From Macrostomum lignano (lineage: Eukaryota): a stretch of DNA of 64,000 nt. A program made the translations under genes and the position numbers. Each line of letters opens with the position of its first letter. Positions within the stretch are counted from its first letter, which is position 1. The DNA lies in the NCBI GenBank assembly GCA_002269645.1, contig NIVC01002757.1, positions 1 through 64,000 of the forward strand, written 5' to 3'. The notes beneath the pieces were generated by a model. It saw nothing but the letters and a program-made list of their open reading frames with translations. It was not told the origin of the DNA and ran no database searches. Positions 27,801 to 39,525 of this stretch are shown here, in pieces.

Positions 27801-30800
27801 AGAATTACCGAAATAAAAGGTTTTTAAGAATTCTGAAAAAATTGCCAAAATATTTGGATTTTCAACGAGCCTAAAAATTACCGAACTTTGAGGATTTTAT
27901 GCAACCCCAAAAATTGCAAGCGTGTGGAAGTTGGGACTCTTCTCTTATTTTTATCAACTTATTGTTTTTCATTGAAGGTTGAGAAGCTCCGCCAGTCTGA
28001 AGCGAAGTTGGAGTCCATTTCGGCGGAGTCCTCAGCAAAGGATCAGCAGCTGCTGGAGCTTCAGCGTCGGCTGGATGAAGCTGAGTCTGAAGCTGAGAAT
28101 CAGCTTAAGCAGGTGAGTTTAAGAAAATGAGCTTTAGACAGGGTGTCAGATGGGAAACAGGGTGTCAGATATGGGAACAGGGTCTCAGATATGAAACAGG
28201 GTGTCAGGTGGAACACAGGGTGTCAGAATGGGAAACAGGTTGTCAGATATGGGAACAGGGTGTCAGCAATGGCAACAGGGTGTCAGATGGGAAACAGGGT
28301 GTCAGATGGGAAACAGGGTGTCAGATGGGAACAGGGTGTCAGATGGGAACAGGGTGTCAGATGGGAACCGGGTGTCAGATGGGAAACAGGGTGTCAGATG
28401 GGAAACAGGGTGTCAGATGGGAAACAGGGTGTCAGATGGGAACAGGGTGTCAGATGGGAAACAGGGTGTCAGATGGGAAACAGGGTGTCAAATATAGGAA
28501 GAGGTGTCAGATGGGAAACAGGGTGTCAGATGGAAAACAGGGTGTCAGATGGGAAACAGGGTGTCAGATGGGAAACAGGGTGTCAGATGGAAAACAGGGT
28601 GTCAGATGGGAAACAGGGTGTCAAATGGGAAACAGGGAGTCAGATGGGAAACAGGGTGTCAGAGGAGAAACAGGGTGTCAGAATGAGAAACAGGGTGTCA
28701 GATAGGAAACAGGGTGTCAGATGAGAAGCAGGGTGTCAGATATGGGAACAGGGTGTCTGATGGGAAACAGGGTGTGGCATTTGAAATATGAAAACCCTAA
28801 CAAACCTGAGAATTACCGAAATAAAAGGTTTTTAACAATTCTGAAAAAATTGCCAAAATATTTGGATTTTCAACTAGCCTAAAAATTACCGAACTTTGAG
28901 GATTTAATGCAACCCCAAAAATTGCAAGCGTGTGGAAGTTGGGACTCTTCTCTTATTTTTATCAACTTATTGTTTTTCATTGAAGGTTGAGAAGCTCCGC
29001 CAGTCTGAAGCGAAGTTGGAGTCCATTTCGGCGGAGTCCTCAGCAAAGGATCAGCAGCTGCTGGAGCTTCAGCGTCGGCTGGATGAAGCTGAGTCTGAAG
29101 CTGAGAATCAGCTTAAGCAGGTGAGTTTAAGAAAATGAGCTTTAGACAGGGTGTCAGATGGGAACAGGGTGTCAGATGGGAAACAGGGTGTCAGATGAGA
29201 ACAGGGTGTCAGATGGGAACAGCGTGTCAGATGGAACCGGGTGTCAGATGGGAAACCGGGTGTCAGATGGGAAACAGGGTGTCAGATGGGAAACAGGGTG
29301 TCAGATGGGAACAGGGTGTCAGATGGGAAACAGGGTGTCAGATGGGAAACAGGGTGTCAAATATAGGAAGAGGTGTCAGATGGGAAACAGGGTGTCAGAT
29401 GGAAAACAGGGTGTCAGATGGGAAACAGGGTGTCAGATAGGAAACAGGGTGTCAGATGGAAAACAGGGTGTCAGATGGGAAACAGGGTGTCAAATGGGAA
29501 ACAGGGAGTCAGATGGGAAACAGGGTGTCAGAGGAGAAACAGGGTGTCAGAATGAGAAACAGGGTGTCAGATAGGAAACAGGGTGTCAGATGAGAAGCAG
29601 GGTGTCAGATATGGGAACAGGGTGTCTGATGGGAAACAGGGTGTGGCATTTGAAATATGAAAACCCTAACAAACCTGAGAATTACCGAAATAAAAGGTTT
29701 TTAACAATTCTGAAAAAATTGCCAAAATATTTGGATTTTCAACTAGCCTAAAAATTACCGAACTTTGAGGATTTAATGCAACCCCAAAAATTGCAAGCGT
29801 GTGAAAGTTGGGACTCTTCTCTTATTTTTATCAACTTATTGTTTTTCATTGAAGGTTGAGAAGCTCCGCCAGTCTGAAGCGAAGTTGGAGTCCATTTCGG
29901 CGGAGTCCTCAGCAAAGGATCAGCAGCTGCTGGAGCTTCAGCGTCGGCTGGATGAAGCTGAGTCTGAAGCTGAGAATCAGCTTAAGCAGGTGAGTTTAAG
30001 AAAATGAGCTTTAGACAGGGTGTCAGATGGGAAACAGGGTGTCAGATGGGAACAGGGTGTCAGATGGGAAACAGGGTGTCAGATGGGAACAGGGTGTCAG
30101 ATGGGAACAGCGTGTCAGATGGAACCGGGTGTCAGATGGGAAACCGGGTGTCAGATGGGAAACAGGGTGTCAGATGGGAACAGGGTGTCAGATGGGAAAA
30201 AGGGTGTCAGATATGGAAAACAGGATGTCAGATGGGAAACAGGGTGTCAGATGGGAAACAGGGTGTCAAATATAGGAAGAGGTGTCAGATGAGAAACAGG
30301 GTGTCAGATGGAAAACAGGGTGTCAGATGGAAAACAGGGTGTCAGATGGGAAACAGGGTGTCAGATGGGAAACAGGGTGTCAGATGGGAAACAGGGTGTC
30401 AAATGGGAAGCAGGGAGTCAAATGGGAAACAGGGTGTCAGATGAGAAACAGGGTGTCAGAATGAGAAACAGGGTGTCAGATGGAAAACAGGGTGTCAGAT
30501 GGGAAACAGGGTGTCAAATGGGAAGCAGGGAGTCAGATGGGAAACAGGGTGTCAGATGGGAACCGGGTGTCAGATGGAAAACAGGGTGTCAGATGGGAAA
30601 CAGGGTGTCAAATGGGAAACAGGGTGTCAGATGGGAAACAGGGTGTCAGATATGGGAAGCAGGGAGTCAGATGGGAAACAGGGTGTCAGATGGGAAACAG
30701 GGTGTCAAATGGGAAGCAGGGTGTCAGATAGGAAACAGGGTGTCAGATGAGAAACAGGGTGTCAGATGGGAAACAGGGTGTCAAATGGGAAGCAGGGAGT

Positions 30801-33800
30801 CAGATGGGAAACAGGGTGTCAGATGAGAAACAGGGTGTCAGAATGAGAAACAGGGTGTCAGATAGGAAACAGGGTGTCAGATGAGAAACAGGGTGTCAGA
30901 TATGGGAACAGGGTGTCTGATGGGAAACAGGGTGTGGCATATGAAGTATGAAAACCCTAACAAACCTGAGAATTACTGAAATAAAAGGTTTTTAACAATT
31001 CTGAAAAAATTGCCAAAATATTTGGATTTTCAACTAGCCTAAAAATTACCGAACTTTGAGGATTTAATGCAACCCCAAAAATTGCAAGCGTGTGGAAGTT
31101 GGGACTCTTCTCTTATTTTTATCAACTTATTGTTTTTCATTGAAGGTTGAGAAGCTCCGCCAGTCTGAAGCGAAGTTGGAGTCCATTTCGGCGGAGTCCT
31201 CAGCAAAGGATCAGCAGCTGCTGGAGCTTCAGCGTCGGCTGGATGAAGCTGAGTCTGAAGCTGAGAATCAGCTTAAGCAGGTGAGTTTAAGAAAATGAGC
31301 TTTAGACAGGGTGTCAGATGGGAACAGGGTGTCAGATGGGAAACAGGGTGTCAGATATGGGAACAGGGTCTCAGATATGAAACAGGGTGTCAGATGGAAC
31401 ACAGGGTGTCAGAATGGGAAACAGGTTGTCAGATATGGGAACAGGGTGTCAGCAATGGGAACAGGGTGTCAGATGGGAAACAGGGTATCAGATGAGAAAC
31501 AGGGTGTCAGATAAAGGAAAGGGTGTGGCATTTGAAATATGAAAACCCTAACAAACCTGAGAATTACCGAAATAAAAGGTTTTTAAGAATTCTGAAAAAA
31601 TTGCCAAAATATTTGGATTTTCAACGAGCCTAAAAATTACCGAACTTTGAGGATTTTATGCAACCCCAAAAATTGCAAGCGTGTGGAAGTTGGGACTCTT
31701 CTCTTATTTTTATCAACTTATTGTTTTTCATTGAAGGTTGAGAAGCTCCGCCAGTCTGAAGCGAAGTTGGAGTCCATTTCGGCGGAGTCCTCAGCAAAGG
31801 ATCAGCAGCTGCTGGAGCTTCAGCGTCGGCTGGATGAAGCTGAGTCTGAAGCTGAGAATCAGCTTAAGCAGGTGAGTTTAAGAAAATGAGCTTTAGACAG
31901 GGTGTCAGATGGGAACAGGGTGTCAGATGGGAAACAGGGTGTCAGATATGGGAACAGGGTCTCAGATATGAAACAGGGTGTCAGATGGAACACAGGGTGT
32001 CAGAATGGGAAACAGGTTGTCAGATATGGGAACAGGGTGTCAGCAATGGGAACAGGGTGTCAGATGGGAAACAGGGTATCAGATGAGAAACAGGGTGTCA
32101 GATAAAGGAAAGGGTGTGGCATTTGAAATATGAAAACCCTAACAAACCTGAGAATTACCGAAATAAAAGGTTTTTAAGAATTCTGAAAAAATTGCCAAAA
32201 TATTTGGATTTTCAACGAGCCTAAAAATTACCGAACTTTGAGGATTTTATGCAACCCCAAAAATTGCAAGCGTGTGGAAGTTGGGACTCTTCTCTTATTT
32301 TTATCAACTTATTGTTTTTCATTGAAGGTTGAGAAGCTCCGCCAGTCTGAAGCGAAGTTGGAGTCCATTTCGGCGGAGTCCTCAGCAAAGGATCAGCAGC
32401 TGCTGGAGCTTCAGCGTCGGCTGGATGAAGCTGAGTCTGAAGCTGAGAATCAGCTTAAGCAGGTGAGTTTAAGAAAATGAGCTTTAGACAGGGTGTCAGA
32501 TGGGAAACAGGGTGTCAGATATGGGAACAGGGTCTCAGATATGAAACAGGGTGTCAGGTGGAACACAGGGTGTCAGAATGGGAAACAGGTTGTCAGATAT
32601 GGGAACAGGGTGTCAGCAATGGCAACAGGGTGTCAGATGGGAAACAGGGTGTCAGATGGGAAACAGGGTGTCAGATGGGAACAGGGTGTCAGATGGGAAC
32701 AGGGTGTCAGATGGGAAACAGGGTGTCAGATGGGAAACAGGGTGTCAGATGGGAAACAGGGTGTCAGATGGGAACAGGGTGTCAGATGGGAAACAGGGTG
32801 TCAGATGGGAAACAGGGTGTCAAATATAGGAAGAGGTGTCAGATGGGAAACAGGGTGTCAGATGGAAAACAGGGTGTCAGATGGGAAACAGGGTGTCAGA
32901 TGGGAAACAGGGTGTCAGATGGAAAACAGGGTGTCAGATGGGAAACAGGGTGTCAAATGGGAAACAGGGAGTCAGATGGGAAACAGGGTGTCAGAGGAGA
33001 AACAGGGTGTCAGAATGAGAAACAGGGTGTCAGATAGGAAACAGGGTGTCAGATGAGAAGCAGGGTGTCAGATATGGGAACAGGGTGTCTGATGGGAAAC
33101 AGGGTGTGGCATTTGAAATATGAAAACCCTAACAAACCTGAGAATTACCGAAATAAAAGGTTTTTAACAATTCTGAAAAAATTGCCAAAATATTTGGATT
33201 TTCAACTAGCCTAAAAATTACCGAACTTTGAGGATTTAATGCAACCCCAAAAATTGCAAGCGTGTGGAAGTTGGGACTCTTCTCTTATTTTTATCAACTT
33301 ATTGTTTTTCATTGAAGGTTGAGAAGCTCCGCCAGTCTGAAGCGAAGTTGGAGTCCATTTCGGCGGAGTCCTCAGCAAAGGATCAGCAGCTGCTGGAGCT
33401 TCAGCGTCGGCTGGATGAAGCTGAGTCTGAAGCTGAGAATCAGCTTAAGCAGGTGAGTTTAAGAAAATGAGCTTTAGACAGGGTGTCAGATGGGAACAGG
33501 GTGTCAGATGGGAAACAGGGTGTCAGATGAGAACAGGGTGTCAGATGGGAACAGCGTGTCAGATGGAACCGGGTGTCAGATGGGAAACCGGGTGTCAGAT
33601 GGGAAACAGGGTGTCAGATGGGAAACAGGGTGTCAGATGGGAACAGGGTGTCAGATGGGAAACAGGGTGTCAGATGGGAAACAGGGTGTCAAATATAGGA
33701 AGAGGTGTCAGATGGGAAACAGGGTGTCAGATGGAAAACAGGGTGTCAGATGGGAAACAGGGTGTCAGATAGGAAACAGGGTGTCAGATGGAAAACAGGG

Positions 33801-36800
33801 TGTCAGATGGGAAACAGGGTGTCAAATGGGAAACAGGGAGTCAGATGGGAAACAGGGTGTCAGAGGAGAAACAGGGTGTCAGAATGAGAAACAGGGTGTC
33901 AGATAGGAAACAGGGTGTCAGATGAGAAGCAGGGTGTCAGATATGGGAACAGGGTGTCTGATGGGAAACAGGGTGTGGCATTTGAAATATGAAAACCCTA
34001 ACAAACCTGAGAATTACCGAAATAAAAGGTTTTTAACAATTCTGAAAAAATTGCCAAAATATTTGGATTTTCAACTAGCCTAAAAATTACCGAACTTTGA
34101 GGATTTAATGCAACCCCAAAAATTGCAAGCGTGTGGAAGTTGGGACTCTTCTCTTATTTTTATCAACTTATTGTTTTTCATTGAAGGTTGAGAAGCTCCG
34201 CCAGTCTGAAGCGAAGTTGGAGTCCATTTCGGCGGAGTCCTCAGCAAAGGATCAGCAGCTGCTGGAGCTTCAGCGTCGGCTGGATGAAGCTGAGTCTGAA
34301 GCTGAGAATCAGCTTAAGCAGGTGAGTTTAAGAAAATGAGCTTTAGACAGGGTGTCAGATGGGAAACAGGGTGTCAGATGGGAACAGGGTGTCAGACGGG
34401 AAACAGGGTGTCAGATGGGAACAGGGTGTCAGATGGGAACAGCGTGTCAGATGGAACCGGGTGTCAGATGGGAAACCGGGTGTCAGATGGGAAACAGGGT
34501 GTCAGATGGGAACAGGGTGTCAGATGGGAAACAGGGTGTCAGATATGGAAAACAGGATGTCAGATGGGAAACAGGGTGTCAGATGGGAAACAGGGTGTCA
34601 AATATAGGAAGAGGTGTCAGATGAGAAACAGGGTGTCAGATGGAAAACAGGGTGTCAGATGGAAAACAGGGTGTCAGATGGGAAACAGGGTGTCAGATGG
34701 GAAACAGGGTGTCAGATGGGAAACAGGGTGTCAAATGGGAAGCAGGGAGTCAAATGGGAAACAGGGTGTCAGATGAGAAACAGGGTGTCAGAATGAGAAA
34801 CAGGGTGTCAGATGGAAAACAGGGTGTCAGATGGGAAACAGGGTGTCAAATGGGAAGCAGGGAGTCAGATGGGAAACAGGGTGTCAGATGGGAACCGGGT
34901 GTCAGATGGAAAACAGGGTGTCAGATGGGAAACAGGGTGTCAAATGGGAAACAGGGTGTCAGATGGGAAACAGGGTGTCAGATATGGGAAGCAGGGAGTC
35001 AGATGGGAAACAGGGTGTCAGATGGGAAACAGGGTGTCAAATGGGAAGCAGGGTGTCAGATAGGAAACAGGGTGTCAGATGAGAAACAGGGTGTCAGATG
35101 GGAAACAGGGTGTCAAATGGGAAGCAGGGAGTCAGATGGGAAACAGGGTGTCAGATGAGAAACAGGGTGTCAGAATGAGAAACAGGGTGTCAGATAGGAA
35201 ACAGGGTGTCAGATGAGAAACAGGGTGTCAGATATGGGAACAGGGTGTCTGATGGGAAACAGGGTGTGGCATATGAAGTATGAAAACCCTAACAAACCTG
35301 AGAATTACTGAAATAAAAGGTTTTTAACAATTCTGAAAAAATTGCCAAAATATTTGGATTTTCAACGAGCCTAAAAATTACCGAACTTTGAGGATTTTAT
35401 GCAACCCCAAAAATTGCAAGCGTGTGGAAGTTGGGACTCTTCTCTTATTTTTATCAACTTATTGTTTTTCATTGAAGGTTGAGAAGCTCCGCCAGTCTGA
35501 AGCGAAGATGGAGTCCATTTCGGCGGAGTCCTCAGCAAAGGATCAGCAGCTGCTGGAGCTTCAGCGTCGGCTGGATGAAGCTGAGTCTGAAGCTGAGAAT
35601 CAGCTTAAGCAGGTGAGTTTAAGAAAATGAGCTTTAGACAGGGTGTCAGATGGGAAACAGGGTATCAGATGGGAACAGGGTGTCAGATGGGAAACAGGGT
35701 GTCAGATATGAAACAGGGTGTCAGATATGAAACAGGGTGTCAGATGGGAAACAGGGTGTCAGATATGGGAACAGGGTGTCAGATATGAAACAGGGTGTCA
35801 GGTGGAACACAGGGTGTCAGATGGGAAACAGGGTGTCAGATGTTAAACAGGGTGTCAGATGGGAAACAGGGTGTCAGATGGGGAACAGGGTGTCAGATGG
35901 GAAACAGGGTGTCAGGTGGAACACAGGGTGTCAGATGGGAAACAGGGTGTCAGATGTTAAACAGGGTGTCAGATGGGAAACAGGGTGTCACATAAGGGAA
36001 CAGGGTGGCTGATATAAAATATAAAAAACTTCAACAAACCCGAAAATTTCTAAGATATAAGGATTTCAACTAAACCTGAAAAATTACCAAAATATGAAAA
36101 CTTGACAAACGACTAGAAGTGGTTTGCAAATTAGTGCTATTAAATATATTATTAGCCTTAGTAAAATACTTGAGCCATTTTGAACATTTCAGCTAAATCA
36201 GCAGCTAGCCCAACTCCAGTCGCAATTGGCAGAAAAGTCACGTGACAGTGATAAGCTCTCTGTCGAACTAGATGAGACGGTAAGCAAGCGTGTGGGAGTT
36301 GGGACTCTTCTCTTATTTTTATCAACTTATTGTTTTTAATTGAAGGTTGAGAAGCTCCGCCAGTCTGAAGCGAAGTTGGAGTCCATTTCGGCGGAGTCCT
36401 CAGCAAAGGATCAGCAGCTGCTGGAGCTTCAGCGTCGGCTGGATGAAGCTGAGTCTGAAGCTGAGAATCAGCTTAAGCAGGTGAGTTTAAGAAAATGAGC
36501 TTTAGACAGGGCGTCAGATGGGAAACAGGGTGTCAGATGGGAACAGGGTGTCAGATGGGAAACAGGGTGTCAGATGGGAACAGGGTGTCAGATGGGAACA
36601 GGGTGTCAGATGGAACCGGGTGTCAGATGGGAAACAGGGTGTCAGATGGGAAACAGGGTGTCAAATGGGAAACAGGGTGTCAGATGGGAAACAGGGTGTC
36701 AAATGGGAAACAGGGTGTCAGATATGGAAAACAGGATGTCAGATGGGAAACAGGGTGTCAGATGGGAAACAGGGTGTCAGATGGGAAACAGGGTGTCAGA

Positions 36801-39244
36801 TGGGAAACAGGGTGTCAGATGGGAAACAGGGTGTCAAATGGGAAACAGGGTGTCAGATATGGAAAACAGGATGTCAGATGGGAAACAGGGTGTCAGATGG
36901 GAAACAGGGTGTCAGATGGGAAACAGGGTGTCAAATATAGGAAGAGGTGTCAGATGGGAAACAGGGTGTCAGATGGAAAACAGGGTGTCAGATGGGAAAC
37001 AGGGTGTCAGATGGAAAACAGGGTGTCAGATGGGAAACAGGGTGTCAGATGGGAAACAGGGTGTCAGATGGGAAACAGGGTGTCAAATGGGAAGCAGGGA
37101 GTCAGATGGGAAACAGGGTGTCAGATGAGAAACAGGGTGTCAGAATGAGAACCAGGGTGTCAGATGGAAAACAGGGTGTCAGATGGGAAACAGGGTGTCA
37201 AATGGGAAGCAGGGAGTCAGATGGGAAACAGGGTGTCAGATGAGAAACAGGGTGTCAGAATGAGAAACAGGGTGTCAGATAGGAAACAGGGTTTCAGATG
37301 AGAAACAGGGTGTCAGATATGGGAACAGGGTGTCTGATGGGAAACAGGGTGTGGCATTTGAAATATGAAAACCCTAACAAACCTGAGAATTACCGAAATA
37401 AAAGGTTTTTAACAATTCTGAAAAAATTGCCAAAATATTTGGATTTTCAACGAGCCTAAAAATTACCGAACTTTGAGGATTTAATGCAACCCCAAAAATT
37501 GCAAGCGTGTGGAAGTTGGGACTCTTCTCTTATTTTTATCAACTTATTGTTTTTCATTGAAGGTTGAGAAGCTCCGCCAGTCTGAAGCGAAGATGGAGTC
37601 CATTTCGGCGGAGTCCTCAGCAAAGGATCAGCAGCTGCTGGAGCTTCAGCGTCGGCTGGATGAAGCTGAGTCTGAAGCTGAGAATCAGCTTAAGCAGGTG
37701 AGTTTAAGAAAATGAGCTTTAGACAGGGTGTCAGATGGGAAACAGGGTATCAGATGGGAACAGGGTGTCAGATGGGAAACAGGGTGTCAGATATGAAACA
37801 GGGTGTCAGATATGAAACAGGGTGTCAGATGGGAAACAGGGTGTCAGATATGGGAACAGGGTGTCAGATATGAAACAGGGTGTCAGGTGGAACACAGGGT
37901 GTCAGATGGGAAACAGGGTGTCAGATGTTAAACAGGGTGTCAGATGGGAAACAGGGTGTCAGATGGGGAACAGGGTGTCAGATGGGAAACAGGGTGTCAG
38001 GTGGAACACAGGGTGTCAGATGGGAAACAGGGTGTCAGATGTTAAACAGGGTGTCAGATGGGAAACAGGGTGTCACATAAGGGAACAGGGTGGCTGATAT
38101 AAAATATAAAAAACTTCAACAAACCCGAAAATTTCTAAGATATAAGGATTTCAACCAAACCTGAAAAATTACCAAAATATGAAAACTTGACAAACGACTA
38201 GAAGTGGTTTGCAAATTAGTGCTATTAAATATATTATTAGCCTTAGTAAAATACTTGAGCCATTTTGAACATTTCAGCTAAATCAGCAGCTAGCCCAACT
38301 CCAGTCGCAATTGGCAGAAAAGTCACGTGACAGTGATAAGCTCTCTGTCGAACTAGATGAGACGGTAAGCAAGCGTGTGGGAGTTGGGACTCTTCTCTTA
38401 TTTTTATCAACTTATTGTTTTTAATTGAAGGTTGAGAAGCTCCGCCAGTCTGAAGCGAAGTTGGAGTCCATTTCGGCGGAGTCCTCAGCAAAGGATCAGC
38501 AGCTGCTGGAGCTTCAGCGTCGGCTGGATGAAGCTGAGTCTGAAGCTGAGAATCAGCTTAAGCAGGTGAGTTTAAGAAAATGAGCTTTAGACAGGGCGTC
38601 AGATGAGAAACAGGGTGTCAGATGGGAACAGGGTGTCAGATGGGAAACAGGGTGTCAGATGGGAACAGGGTGTCAGATGGGAACAGGGTGTCAGATGGAA
38701 CCGGGTGTCAGATGGGAAACAGGGTGTCAGATGGGAAACAGGGTGTCAAATGGGAAACAGGGTGTCAGATATGGAAAACAGGATGTCAGATGGGAAACAG
38801 GGTGTCAGATGGGAAACAGGGTGTCAGATGGGAAACAGGGTGTCAAATGGGAAACAGGGTGTCAGATATGGAAAACAGGATGTCAGATGGGAAACAGGGT
38901 GTCAGATGGGAAACAGGGTGTCAGATGGGAAACAGGGTGTCAGATGGGAAACAGGGTGTCAAATATAGGAAGAGGTGTCAGATGGGCAACAGGGTGTCAG
39001 ATGGAAAACAGGGTGTCAGATGGGAAACAGGGTGTCAGATGGAAAACAGGGTGTCAGATGGGAAACAGGGTGTCAGATGGGAAACAGGGTGTCAGATGGG
39101 AAACAGGGTATCAGATGGGAACAGGGTGTCAGATGGGAAACAGGGTGTCAGATATGAAACAGGGTGTCAGATATGCAAACAGGGTGTCAGATATGCAAAC
39201 AGGGTGTCAGATATGCAAACAGGGTGTTAGATATGGGATCAGGG

Positions 39245-39305
<61 letters not shown>

Positions 39306-39310
39306 GCCTT

Positions 39311-39365
<55 letters not shown>

Positions 39366-39393
39366 GCCTTTCTGTCTGTCTGTCTGTCTCTCC

Positions 39394-39440
<47 letters not shown>

Positions 39441-39441
39441 A

Positions 39442-39481
<40 letters not shown>

Positions 39482-39486
39482 GCCTT

Positions 39487-39525
<39 letters not shown>

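Noticed and set aside
21778-38565. CRISPR-like repeat-spacer array
   Set aside because: The constant part is a 135-nt spliceable exon in frame with a eukaryotic kinesin, the 'spacers' are minisatellite introns, and no cas genes are present.
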